Notes: a model not told the origin generated them from the letters alone. Positions 39,236 through 52,005 are shown, numbered from the stretch's first letter. The stretch: 64,000 nucleotides of DNA from Octopus sinensis (GCF_006345805.1 NC_043004.1:33728001-33792000); one strand, 5' to 3'. Numbers and translations are program-made.

Positions 39236-41110
39236 GAGGCTGTCCTTAGAGTGGCTGGTTTCGGTCCCATCTTCCATGGTTGGATTGCTGCCTTATACAG
39301 CGGCATCCACTTTGTAGTTCGCATAAATGGACATCTGTCCTGTCCATTTAACATCACACATTTGGTTCGTCAAGGATGCCCCTTCTCATCACTTGTGTAC
39401 AAATTGACTCTTGAGCCACTACTGCAGAAGCTGGCGATGCTGAGGGGCGTCCTATGAGAGCTGGGATGCAGGAAGAGCATATCTGCATATGCGGACAACG
39501 TCACTGTCATAGTTTCGAGCCATAGGCATATCAACCTGGTCGGTGAGTTACTAAAAGAATACAAAGCGGTAACGGGAGCAAAAATTAACCAGGAAAAGTC
39601 AGTGGGCTTGTGGCTTGGCACCTGGAGAAGCAAGCCCATGCCATCCAACAGTGTCTCCATTGTTGGATGCTGGACCAATGGACCAGTTAAATTGCTTCGA
39701 GTTTGGTTCAGTCTAGACTTCCAAATGGAGAAGAACTGGGGAAAGATAATGACCTGGGTGACCCAGCAATGGGCTGAGAGGAAGCTATTGCTAAAAGATC
39801 AGATGGAGGTGGTGAATGCGTACATCGCACCCGTCATTGATTACTGTCTGACTGTCATTCCTTGTCTCAACCCTATCGTCACCAAACTGGAACGCATACT
39901 CTTCCGCTTTTTGTGGAAGGGAAGCATTCCAATGGTTAGGTGATCCATTTACTACCAACACACACTTAATGGAGAGCTAGGCATGCCGTAGTTGATGTGC
40001 AGACATGTGCTGAGACTGCGACATCTCCAGTACTTCATAGACGACGGTGAACAGGTGTGGTTGCCTTTTGTGTAGCGCACTTTCCTGCAGCCGTGGATTA
40101 AACTGAGGCTAGGCAAATGGTACCATGAGTGCTGTCTTGCTCTCAAGTAACTCCGCTGTCTGGGACCAAACTTGTGTGACTTCAATTCCACAAAGGCGTT
40201 CTATTGAGGATTTGTGAAGGGGAGGTGCAAAGACGTTCTTGGGCAGAACCTGGGCATTGATGAAGAACACTTAGCCCACCTGTTCAGGTCAACTTTCGGG
40301 CTGGGACCTATGGACAATCACCAGAGATCCCTGGCCTGGCAGTGCTATTGAGAAGCATTACCCATTCAGGATAAGCTCTACAGGCATGGTTTGAGACACA
40401 CCAGACCGACTTGCCCGAGATGTGGTCAGAGCGATGAAACCATTCCGCATGCACTTGTGCAGTGTCCAACCATTTTGGACCTGTGGGCTTATGCCGAATG
40501 GCTGCTGTTACGTGTGGGATGAGTTTGCTTGTCAGCCAAGTCTATTGAGAAAATTGCTCTGCCATCATCCCTTAATCGAGAAGGCAAGGCAGTCTTCATC
40601 ATATTGGTGGCCATGGTGAAAGAATGTGTGTGGTGGACTCCAGTGAAAGGATTAGAGACACTTTCCTCTCTGGCAATTGCTCATCAACTCTTTCAAGTAC
40701 CACTTGAAAAGGAAGGTGAGAATGGAGAGGTAGGTTTTGCCTCATGAAAGTTTCAATAAAAGGTGGGTGAATGTAGCAAAGATGGTGCGTGCTAGTGACG
40801 AAACCACTTTGAGCATGATCCTGTAAATCGTAAAAGAAAGAGAGCACTTTGCTCTCATGTTTTTATTTCCTCCTTGCCTGAGGTAACTGTGGTTTTTTCC
40901 GTAGGCTTTTATTTCCACGGATAAACCTAATCTTGCTTTTTATATTTCTAATATTTTTTGTGATACACAACCCCTTTTGATCGTTTTTTTTTTTCTCATG
41001 ATTCCTTTTGATCAGAATTTTATTTTTCTCCTTTCTATTTTCAAAAAGAAAAGCTCTACATTGTATTTTGTCCCCTCTCTGTTCAGCCCTGTGTGGCTAA
41101 TAAAGAGACT
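39235..41110 (+). mobile_element. L1/Tx1-clade LINE, 5'-truncated decayed copy 2
   Basis: GFGPIF..WI..LY, VRQGCPFS, AYADNVT, GAKINQEKS RT motifs; CPRCGQSDETIPHALVQC CCHC finger; 3'UTR ending ggctaataaagagac. Confidence 0.9.
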
Positions 41111-41204
41111 TATCTATCTATTTATCTATCTAGCGATCTATCATCTATCTGTTTATTTATCTATCAATCTATCAATCTACCTATCTATCTACCTAATCTA
41201 GCTC

Positions 41205-41249
<45 letters not shown>

Positions 41250-41370
41250 ATGTCTGTCTGTCTGTCCGTCCATCCATCCATCTATCTCTCTATCTATCTA
41301 TTTATCTATATGTCTATCTGTCTATCTATTTATCTATCCATATGTCTTTCTATATATCTATCTATATGTA

Positions 41371-41405
<35 letters not shown>

Positions 41406-41568
41406 ATGTCTATCTATCTATCTATGTCTGTCTATCTTTCTGTCTATCTATCTATCTATTTATCTATATGTCTATGTATGTATGTATGTATGTATGTATG
41501 TATGTATGTATGTATGTATGTATGTATGTATCTATCTATTTATCTATATGTCTATCTATCTATCTATC

Positions 41569-41627
<59 letters not shown>

Positions 41628-41642
41628 CCTATCTATCTATCT
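41111..41642. repeat. Degenerate (TATC)n/(TATG)n tract
   Basis: Direct inspection. Confidence 0.95.
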
Positions 41643-42039
41643 CTTTATGTATAATCTCCACTCAACCCCAATTTTATTCAAATATTGTATCCCTAACTTA
41701 ACAAGTCTTCTTCTTCCTCAGTATTAATGAATCAATAAGGGATTTCCTTCTTCTCAAGAATGGCTAAACTTCACTTCCTTTTCATTGCCAATTTATTCGG
41801 GAAATTTAGTGAACCATGGCAACACTTCTATTCAGCATAGTTAGTTCCTCTGAAACTAATTTCAAGAAACCAGCAGAATTCACTACCATGAAAAACAGGA
41901 ATACATGTACACACACACACACACACACATGCATGTGCACGCGTGCACACACACACACACGTAATGATGCACATGCAATTATACTCTCTCTGTCTACATT
42001 GTTCACATTAGCGTCAACACTATTTTCTGTATTGTCATT

Positions 42040-42460
42040 TATACATATATACATACATACATGCATACATGCATACACACACACATGCATACATAAATGC
42101 ATACATAGATGCATACATACATACATGCATACATACATGCATACATGCATACATACATACATACATGCATACATGCATGCATTGATACATACGTACATAC
42201 ATGCATACATACATACATACATACATACATACATACATACATACATACATACATACATGCATACATGCATACATACATGCATACATACATAGATGCATAC
42301 ATACATACATGCATACATACATGCATACATACATGCATGCATACATACATGCATACATACATGCATACATGCATACATACATGCATACATGCATACATAC
42401 ATACATACATGCATACATACATACATATATACACACATGCATACATGCATACATACATAC
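42040..42460. repeat. (CATA)n/(CATG) tetranucleotide tract
   Basis: Direct inspection. Confidence 0.95.
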
Positions 42461-43253
42461 ATTATTTCAAAATTTTGCCATAAAGGCATGACACAGAGTA
42501 GCTTGCAGGCTGGACAAGAACATTAATGAGAAGAATTATGAAAAAGGATGATATTAATGAGAGAAGACAAAAAACTCTCGCCAATTTAAAAAAAAACAAA
42601 ATGAGGTATTAAACCTCTTACTTTAGTTTTTATAATTGTTCCATTACAAAATTTTTCTTTGTCTTTTTACAAAAAAACCCCTCACAAAAATGAGGTAATA
42701 AACCTCTTACACAGACTGAGACACCAATTCTCTTCAACCATCCCCTATCAATTCTCTTGCCGCCTGCAGGCAATCCCTCAGCTGCAAGTCGGGGCCCCAA
42801 ATGAGATAATTGTAATTTTCCTTCGAACAGGACACCATTATTCGATGGAAATCTCTTTCTTTCGTCCCCAGTGCAGCCAACTGCAGAGGCCAAAGCTGCA
42901 TATCAATGCAGTCCAGTTCTCTCAGGTCCTGACCATCAAGACTATTCTCTATAAAGCCATCTACAACCCCTCCCTTAAGAGAGAATACCACATATTCTTC
43001 ACTTTCACTGGGAGGGGCCACAGTGTATGCATACATACATACATAAATATGTACATACATATATACATTATTATTTATCCATATATAGTGTGGCTGTGTG
43101 GTAAGAAGCTTGCTTCCCAATCACATTGTTCTGAGATCACTCTCACTGCATGGTACCTTGGGCAAGTGTCTTCTACTAAAGCCTCGAGCCAACCAGTGAT
43201 GTATAACAACATTTGTAAGTCTGGTTGAAACCAGACTATTGTATGTTGTTATG

Positions 43254-43285
<32 letters not shown>

Positions 43286-43289
43286 TAAA

Positions 43290-43628
43290 TATTTGCCATC
43301 AAGATGTAAGACAAGATACTGTGATAGCCTGGGCTTCAGAGGCCCACAGCTTTTCAATATCCTCCCGAATAACCTAAGAGACCTGCATGGAGTAGATGCA
43401 GATGTCTTTAAAATGAAACTGGATCTCTTCTTGTCAGGTATCCCAGATGAACCAACTTCACGGCAGGAGGTGCAGATGAGGGCAGCTGCATCAAACTCTC
43501 TCATGCACCAAATGGCAGTTGCTAAAAAGCATTCGTGAAGTAAAACCATGTAGCAACACCAAATGGCGGTGCCCCAGCATGGCCACAGCTCATGAGCTGA
43601 AACTAGAATCAATCAATCAATCAATCAA
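43290..43628 (+). mobile_element. CR1/L2-type LINE 3' end with (AATC)n tail
   Basis: SLGFRGPQLFNILPNNLR...FKMKLDLFLSGIPDEP C-terminal motif, short 3'UTR and tandem tail. Confidence 0.8.
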
Positions 43629-43812
43629 TATATATATATATATATATATATATGTAAAAATCATTTTTTATTTCGTACATTTTCATTTGTCTTGCTTATT
43701 TTTACATTTTGGTTTTTTGCTGAGATTTTTCTTGAGAACACATTCTTCATGGTAATGGCGATTTGACGTCTATGTTTAGCATATAGGCTGTCCACTTTTA
43801 GTGGTCAGTCTT

Positions 43813-43855
<43 letters not shown>

Positions 43856-44284
43856 GCATATATACATTATTTGTTAATGTAATCTCTGCAGATATTCTAC
43901 AGAAATTACAGCAAGCACTGATTTTTGTTACTATGTTTCGTATACGAGATGTCAGATATAAACAAACAATGAGTGCTGACTCATAGAATATTTCTATAGA
44001 ATATATGTAGAAATAACCTTAACGGATGATGAAAAAGTGCACTTCTAACACAGTAGAATGCAATATTGACTTACGAAAACATTAAATATACTTCACAGTA
44101 TATTATGGTTACATAACGAAATACCACGTATCTACAAGCCATTCATGTCTATGTGTATATACATATACATTTTATTCAAACAACTTGCAGATGCAAGTAC
44201 AATCAGTTGAAAGCTGTGCATACTGGATGCTAGCAAGTGCATGGGGTCGTCAGGAGAGAATATAAACATTATCAACCACACATA

Positions 44285-44516
44285 TATTTCTTTACTACCC
44301 ACAAGGGGCTAAACATAGAGAGGACAAACAAGGACAGACAAAGGGATAAAGTCGATAACATCGACCCCAGTGCGAAACTGGTACTTTATTTATCGACCCC
44401 AAAACGATGAAAGGCAAAGTCGACCTCGGCAGAATTTGAACTCAGAACATAACGACAGACAAAATACCGCTAAGTATTTCGCCCGGCATGCTAATGTTTC
44501 TGCCAGCTCACCACCT
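44285..44516 (-). mobile_element. SINE family B
   Basis: Matches family consensus. Confidence 0.9.
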
Positions 44517-45429
44517 TAGTAGTAGCATATACAAATATGTGTACAAATATATATAAATTTGTACACTTATCAACCACACATACTTAACATACATTCCATG
44601 TGTATTTGCTGGTAGGTTGCAATTTGGGTATGGTGGAGATTTTTCTCTCAAAGGACCAGGCATTAAAACACCTGGATATGAGACACAGGTAAGACAGTTC
44701 ATCTCACATCCCATTCAAGAGTGGTAGACGTCGATGTTTTGCCATTTTTGCAGCTTATCAAGATCACATACCTGAACCAAATCAGAGTTTAATAGACCAC
44801 CAGTCCATGACTTAAGTGCTTATAGCATGAAAACTATGTGTTGGTATGCCTGGACAATGCATACATAAGTATAAATTCAGATATTAAATAGAAGTAGCAT
44901 AGACAAATATGTATCCAAAATTAACAAATTTGTACACTTATATTAAAATTGTATGCGCTTACACAAACAAATCATGAAGCTAATCAATGATTTAGTTTGA
45001 AGCATTTAAATATGTCGTCCATTTCTGATAATACATCATAACTCAGCAGAATACTAAATAATCATTAAACAATAAACAAAACACTTTGATATAATTATCA
45101 GTGTTATATATGAATTTCAAGTGTTGTGTTGGGGATTTGAAAATGTGTTGAGGAGTATAACTCATCACATGTTAATAATTACTGTAAGGATTAGTTGGAT
45201 TAGCTAAAAATAAGGAGAAAGGCTTAAATACTGTGAAGAGATTGTCAATTATTTGTTAGGGGAAAGTTAATAATTAAAAGTTAAGGAAGTAGCAATGAGT
45301 ATAGTGAGTAACTGACAGAAATCGATGGTATAAAGGATAATGATTACAGAGTTAGAAGTGATTCATAGCAGGTTAAAACTGAAAAGGGAAATAGTGAGAA
45401 AATGAAATTGCACCTTCTAAATAGTTAAA

Positions 45430-46520
45430 TAATGATGTGTCCAGTTAAGTACAATAAACTTTTGTAGTTTCAGTAGATATTTATCAAAATGGTGACACTT
45501 GGTGAAGATCTCTGATCTAACATGGAGATAATCTGTAGATTTGTTAAGGTTATTGAATATGTGGTTCTTTTCAGATATGTGACACTTTCTTTTGTGTAAT
45601 TTCTATATAGTATAAATCTCTCAAGGATATTCTTGTTGTTGAATGCAATAGCTCATTCTGTCAAACATCAGATAAATGGAATAGTTCTAATGAATTCCTC
45701 ATGTCTGTATTTTTGTAAAAAGTATGCTTGAAATATGGTTTTTTGAATTTATCTTCCACCATATCTACATAGTTTTTATGCACAATATTTTGGATTGGTT
45801 TGGTGAAGCTAACTTCAGCCTCATAGATAATCTTTCAATGATAATCGACTGAATCAGGAGGCATGCATATGTGTTTCCTCATGTGAAGTTTGCCTCAGTC
45901 ACTTTCATTGGTTTGCTTGTTATTAAGTTTTTCATATCGGTGGTAGACATGTAACAAAGTTCAAAGTTATTTATATTGGATAATTTTCCCTATCAGTGGA
46001 TAATGGACAAATGTTTATTTATCAAAGCTGAGAAATTATTAGCAATATTAGTTTTAACATTTGAAGAGAAAAGTGCTGTGAAGCAGATAATATTACAGCT
46101 TCTTTTCTAACTTTTGGTAGGCAGAAGGTTAGGGTTATCCATGAATCTATCCTGGAATAATCTAGCTTCGAGTCCTTTATTGATTTGGCTATTTTTTATT
46201 CAATGGTAGCTTAAGGATTCTTCAACTGATACGAAGCTTTTGAAAACTGTGAATGAATAGCAGAATTCTTTCAATATATGTAAGATTTTGATTAAGATTG
46301 CTACATGGTTTGTATTAGATTTAAGAACCTTATAATACTTAGGTTCATGAATCTGAGGTTGAAGTTACTGAAGATGTTGAAAAGGTCTTTTCTAAGTGTA
46401 TTTACTCGATGCCTATAGGCAAGTCTAGATGTAATGAACTCCTCATTCCTTTATAAGCCTTTTTCTATTGTGGGAAATTTCTTTTTGAGTGCATCTAGAG
46501 TATACAGAGCAGCAAGATTG
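45430..46520 (-). mobile_element. Penelope-like element relic (RT C-terminal half, linker, GIY-YIG endonuclease)
   Basis: Degenerate GL*RNEE (GLYRDD-like), KRSCNIICFTALFSSNVKTNIANNF (IIWFNPPFS.NVKTNIG-like), IIYEAEV...YVDMVEDKFK; many stops. Confidence 0.7.
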
Positions 46521-46734
46521 CATGTTTTCTCAAATGACCCCATACTTACACCTTATGTATATGTATGTGTCTATACATACATACATACATACATACATAC
46601 ATACATACATACATACATACATACTACATACATACATACATATATGCATACATGCATGCACACATGCTTACATATATAAATATATATATATCATATCATC
46701 ATCATCATGTGTATATATATGATTGTGTATCTAC

Positions 46735-46818
<84 letters not shown>

Positions 46819-47674
46819 ATGTGTGTATATAAATATATATATATATGTACTTGTATATATGTGTGTGTGTATAGATAGATATACACACAAACATACTTAC
46901 ATACATACGCTCACATACACACACATACACGTAGAGGGTACATGGGATTAAATAAACATATTAACTGTGGCTGTAATGTGAAGTGGAAGATATTTTATTG
47001 CAGAAAACTGAGATGGTAGTTAGATTGATGCCTAAAGACCAGTGGTCTTAAATATTACAAACATCTCTCTCTCACTCTGTCTATCTGTCTCTCCCTTTCT
47101 CTCTCTCTCTCCCTTTCTCCCTCTCTCCATTTCTCTCTCTCTCCCTTTCTCCTTCTCTGCATTTCTCTCTCTCTCCATTTCTCTCTCTCTCTCCCTCTCC
47201 CCCTCTCTCTCTTTCCCTCTCTCTTCCCACACACAAACACATGCTTCTTTCTCTCATTACCTATAATGAGTCACAACTTCAGGCCCTACTCTAAGGAACC
47301 TAGAATTCTAGAATCCCTTTCCTGCATTTGATTCCTCCCATTCTCACATATGTCATTTCCATATCTTCGACTTGTTCATAAATGACATGAATGATATTAG
47401 TCTTGGAGAACTTCCTGAAAATTTCAAGAATACATACCTCTTGTTCCTCATTAACATTTCCTGTATTTGAAGTCAGAATAGCCTTGAAACTGTTTCTTTA
47501 CAATTCAATCTTGTGTTATTCAAATCTTTATCCAAATATATTTAACATAAATATGTACTACTTATATTAACAATGGAATCTGCAGATCTTGAGATTCTAG
47601 ACATAATTTTGGAAAAGATTCTACCAAATGTGCAGTATTGTTTGTAATAATACCAAATAATAAGACCTATGGAA

Positions 47675-48168
47675 GTATGCTGTGCGTGAGAAGACCCGGC
47701 AAGACCAGTGAGAACAGTCAAAATCAAACCAAACCAAATCAGATATCAGAAAGCAGAACCAAAATTGAGGCCGATCAACATCAGTGGAAATTGCAGCTGT
47801 GCTTAAGCGAACCATCCGATCGTTTGTCCGTTGCCAGCCTCGCCTGGCCCCCGTGCTGGTGGCACGTAAAAACACCATCCGTTCATGTCCGTTGCCAGCC
47901 TCGCCTGGCCCCCGTGCCGGTGGCACGTAAAAACACCATCTGTTTGTGGCCGTTTGCCAGCTCTGTCTGACACCTGTGCAGGTGGCACGTAAAAAGCACC
48001 CACTACACTCACGGAATGGTTGGCGTTAGGAAGGGCATCCAGCCGTAGAAACACTGCCAAATCTGACTGGGCCTGATGAAGCCTTCGGCTTCACAGACCC
48101 CAGTTAAACCGTCCAACCCATGCTAGCATGGAAAACGGACGCTAAATGATGATGATAATGATGATGAT
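47675..48168 (+). mobile_element. RTE-type 3'UTR with internal ~60-bp tandem units and (GAT)n tail
   Basis: ggttggcgttaggaagggcatccagccgtagaaa...ggacgctaaatgatgat; tandem units at 47821-48001. Confidence 0.85.
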
Positions 48169-48359
48169 GAATAAGGCAGTGAGTTGGCAGAATGGTTGGC
48201 ACCCAGGCAAAATGTTTAGTGGCATTTCATTGCTCTTTACATTCCGTGTTCCAATTCCATCAAGGTTGATGCTGCCTTTCATCCTTTTGGGGTTGATAAA
48301 ATGAGTGCCAGTTGAGCACAGGTAACAATTTTATCTGTAGTAAAGATTGCTTGCCAACA

Positions 48360-48766
48360 TAACATGGCAGTCCTGGTTTAGGACGAATGTTGCTGTAATT
48401 TAGACCCAGAAGACATCATTTCCAGCTGGCTTTAAGACATGATCTGTGTCCTTATATTTTCAAACAAGGGAATCTAGCATCCCCACTCAGCTGAAAACAA
48501 CATCTGTGTATCGCGATTTCCGGGTTATTTCTCTCCATCAGCACAGAATAATTATTTGGCTAGAGGTACTGCTGCCAAATTCCTGTTTGAAATATACAGT
48601 TTTCAAAGTGACAACTAGTCACGGATTTATAAATTAGAAAAGGGGTGCTAGATTCCCTTGTTCAAAAATATAAGGACACAGATCGTGTCGTACAGCCAGC
48701 AAGAGACAATGTCTCCTGGGGCTAAATTACAGCAACATTCGTCCTAAACCAGGACTGCCATGTTTA
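48360..48766. mobile_element. Foldback element with ~125-bp inverted arms
   Basis: aacatggcagtcctggtttaggacgaatgttgctgtaatttag...gggaatctagcatcccc (48361-48484) is inverted at 48642-48764. Confidence 0.9.
48503..48547 (-). ncRNA. Hammerhead-ribozyme-like motif (imperfect core and stem II)
   Basis: Minus strand: tctgtg CTGATGG agag aaataa cccg GAAAT cgcg ATA cacaga; 6-bp stem I and palindromic atcgcgat. Confidence 0.55.
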
Positions 48767-49162
48767 CAAATAGTAATTTTCTAACAATTTTATCTACCTG
48801 AAAGGATGAAAGGTAAAGGTGACCTCTGCAGGATTTGATCTCAGAATGTAAAACCAAAAGGTATTTTGTTTGTCATTCTTACAATTCTGCCAGTTTTACC
48901 ACTTTATGGCACTTGTGAAATCATAGCTGTGGCCTTTACTGTTGTCATGGAAATGGCATCCATGCTAGTGGCACATAAAAAGCACCCATTACATTCTCAT
49001 AGTGGTTGGCATTAGGAAGGGCATCCAGCTGTAGAAACCATACTAAATCAGACTGGAAGCTGGTGCAGCTCTCTGTGTTACCAGTTCCAGTCAACCCATG
49101 CCAGCATGGAAAGCAGACTTTAAATGATGCTGATCATGACGATGGTGAATAACGATCAAACA

Positions 49163-49392
49163 AGGCGGCGAGCAGGCAGAAACGTTAGCATGCCGGGCGA
49201 AAGCTTAACGGTATTTCGTCTGCTGCTACATTGTGAGTTCAAATTCCGCCGAGGTTGACTTCGCCTTTCATCCTTTCGGGGTCGATTAAATAAGTACCAG
49301 TTACGTACTGGGGTCGATATAATCGACTTAATCCATTTGTCTGTCCTTGTTTGTCCCCTCTGTGTTTAGCCCCTTGTGGGTAGTAAAGAAAT
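49163..49392 (+). mobile_element. SINE family B, full length
   Basis: ggcggcgagcaggcagaaacgttagc...gagttcaaattcc...gcctttcatcctttcggggtcgat (resembles the Meta/RUDI-type conserved central domain; unverified)...gtgggtagtaaagaaat. Confidence 0.9.
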
Positions 49393-49682
49393 CGGTGAAT
49401 AATGGTCAGTGACTAATATTGTTTTTATTTTCATTGGATATTTACTTCTATTTGTAGTTTTCAATATTCCTGATATGAAAATATGATAGCACAACCTTGT
49501 CTATTGTTTTCCATGTGGATGTCATTGAATTATTTAATTCCTCAAAAAATGGCGGAGCCTTGCAGGATTTAATTTCATGCTTCTGTATTCGGTGTTTACA
49601 TCCCACTGTGGCTGACTAACAAAACAAAAGTCAGTCAAGTGAAAATGTTAATACACTATGGTATTTATAGTACCAATGAATG

Positions 49683-49718
<36 letters not shown>

Positions 49719-50149
49719 AAATTACAATGTTTTAAATAAATCTATAGAAACTAAAATGACACATCATAAAACTAAACCAACACAGATGTTTCTAGAGTAA
49801 ATTAAAGTAAGGAATATTTAAGATTGAACCAAATCAACGACTCAGTATGTATAAAGTGTTAGACCAGCAAAGAGAAAATGAATACACATTTATGGAACAT
49901 TAAAACTTGGAGAACAATTATAAGATTACATCTTTCAAGCAAATATAGCAGAAAGATTATAAAAATCATATTTTATAGACTGGTGTAAATGTAAGTGTGA
50001 AAATGTAGAAACTATATATGAAAAAAAAAGCAACTTTAGATTTGTTGCAGATGATGAATAATATAAATATTTAATGTGACAACATGAACGTTTTGGTTAC
50101 ACCATAAGTAACAAGGCTATTTTATGATTGTGGTGCTAGAAATGAAACT

Positions 50150-50227
50150 TATATATATATCTGTGTGTGTGTGTGTGTGGTGTGTGTGTGTGTGTGATAT
50201 ATATATGTATATGTGTATGTATGTATG

Positions 50228-50320
<93 letters not shown>

Positions 50321-50341
50321 ATATATATACATATATGTATG

Positions 50342-50421
<80 letters not shown>

Positions 50422-50520
50422 CTACCTATCTAGCTATCCATCTGCCTGCCTGCCTGCCTGCCTGTCTGCCTGTCTGTTTGGCTGTCTGTATGTATGTATA
50501 TATGTATGTATGTATCTGTG
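50150..50520. repeat. (TG)/(TA)/(TGCC) compound microsatellite
   Basis: Direct inspection. Confidence 0.95.
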
Positions 50521-50529
50521 TATGAATTA

Positions 50530-51131
50530 TGCATAGAGCTTGCAGTGTGGAACATTCCCTTCACCGGCTGCTGACTGAAGTTGAAAGCAATTTTGCTACT
50601 TCCTGCTACTGTATTGCTCTCACTACCACCAGTGAATAGCATTGATATTTCTAAGGACTATCTATCTTCTCTAAGCCCATGCTGCAGCACACTACTTGTT
50701 ACCCAAACACTATTTTGTTGTATATTTTACTGAGAATTTATTTGTGGCTTTTCACTTTGTCGTTCTCTCGCATATGATCACTGCTGGTGTCCATGATAAG
50801 GCACTTGTTTCCATTTCCTGCTTATGGGTTCTTGTTCTGCTTCCATTCCTAAATCCAAAGCTGTTCATGATGGATGTTGAGAGTTTAGCTAAAATCTGCA
50901 CTCAATACTCCTTCATTCCTAATTGTCACCAGTAAGGTTTCCTTACTTTGGGCTAGGTATCTCATTAGGCTCTCGAGCTTGATATGTATGCAGTCTTCCA
51001 CACTTATGAGTCCCCTTCCTCCATTCACTCTCTTCATGTATAGGTGATCAGTGTCTGCATGTGGATGAAGGGCTCCATTCATCATTAGGAACTTTCTTGA
51101 CTTTCTGTCCATCTCCTTTAGCTACTCCTCT
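50530..51131 (-). mobile_element. R4/Dong-clade LINE, older decayed fragment
   Basis: MDRKSRKFLMMNGALHPHADTDHLYMKRVNGGRGLISVEDC, typical of the region just after RT in RLE elements. Confidence 0.8.
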
Positions 51132-51159
51132 GTTATTATTATTATTATTATTGTTATTG

Positions 51160-52005
51160 TTTATGGGTTTTTCTTCTTTCAAATTTGCTTCCATTTCTTG
51201 CCGAGTGTCTTCCCGACTCCTAGGGCAAAGAAACTCATAGTATACATTGGTAGGCCATTAAACTAAACTCACTAGTTCGTTCATTTTTTTTTTTTTCGAT
51301 AGAAATAAAGTTAAATTAAAATACATGGGTAGTAATAGTTCTCACATCGACAATGCTCTTCTCAATACGTGTGATGTACCAGTTAAGACAATCTTTTGCA
51401 CTTCTTGCAGGGATAGTAAGCCAGGGATCATTCTCATATAATTTTCGGTTCCCTTCTTGATCATTCCTAGTGCTCCTACGATCACTGGTACTGTAACTGC
51501 CTTGAGATGCCACATTTTCTCAATTTCAATGAGCAGGTCTTTATATTTTCTGAGCTTGTCAAATTCTTTCGCCGAGATATTATGATCACAGGGGATGCTC
51601 ATGTCGATCAATAAGCAAACTTTATTGTTTTGGTCTTTCACAACAATATCCGGTTTAATGGCTTTGATGGTTCGGTCTGTATGTACTGGGAAGTTCCACA
51701 GAATCGTTACATTTTCTCCTTCAGTTACAGCTTCAGGGTGGTGATTATACCACTTGTCCGCAGTTTTGATATTGTAATGCTGACTTATTAGCCAGTGTAG
51801 ATATTGGCCAACTCTGTCATGTCTTAATTTATACTCCACTGGTGTTAAGACTTTACATCCAGAGATTAGGTGGTCCACTGTTTCAATCATGTCGTTGCAG
51901 AATTGGCATTTTGGGTCTGCTCCATTTTTCATCACATTGGCCTGGTAGTTCCGGGTTAATAGGCTTTGATCTTGAGCAGCCAGGATGAAACCTTCACTCT
52001 CTGCT
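51160..52005 (-). mobile_element. R4/Dong-clade (RLE) LINE 3' fragment with an intact partial ORF 51342-52005
   Basis: AAQDQ, CQFC..ETVDHLISGC (CCHC), RHD, KPDIVV...LIDMSIP...K..KY (PD-D/ExK-like), GALG; flanked by (TAA)n on both sides. Confidence 0.92.

Noticed and set aside
42659-43228. 189-aa ORF as a host gene
   Set aside because: Runs through a microsatellite and a SINE A head; the unique part only weakly resembles a LINE C-terminus and could not be assigned
48070-48100. ctgatga-agccttcggct as a hammerhead
   Set aside because: No GAAA follows the hairpin, and other copies of this 3'UTR read ctggtgcagcc
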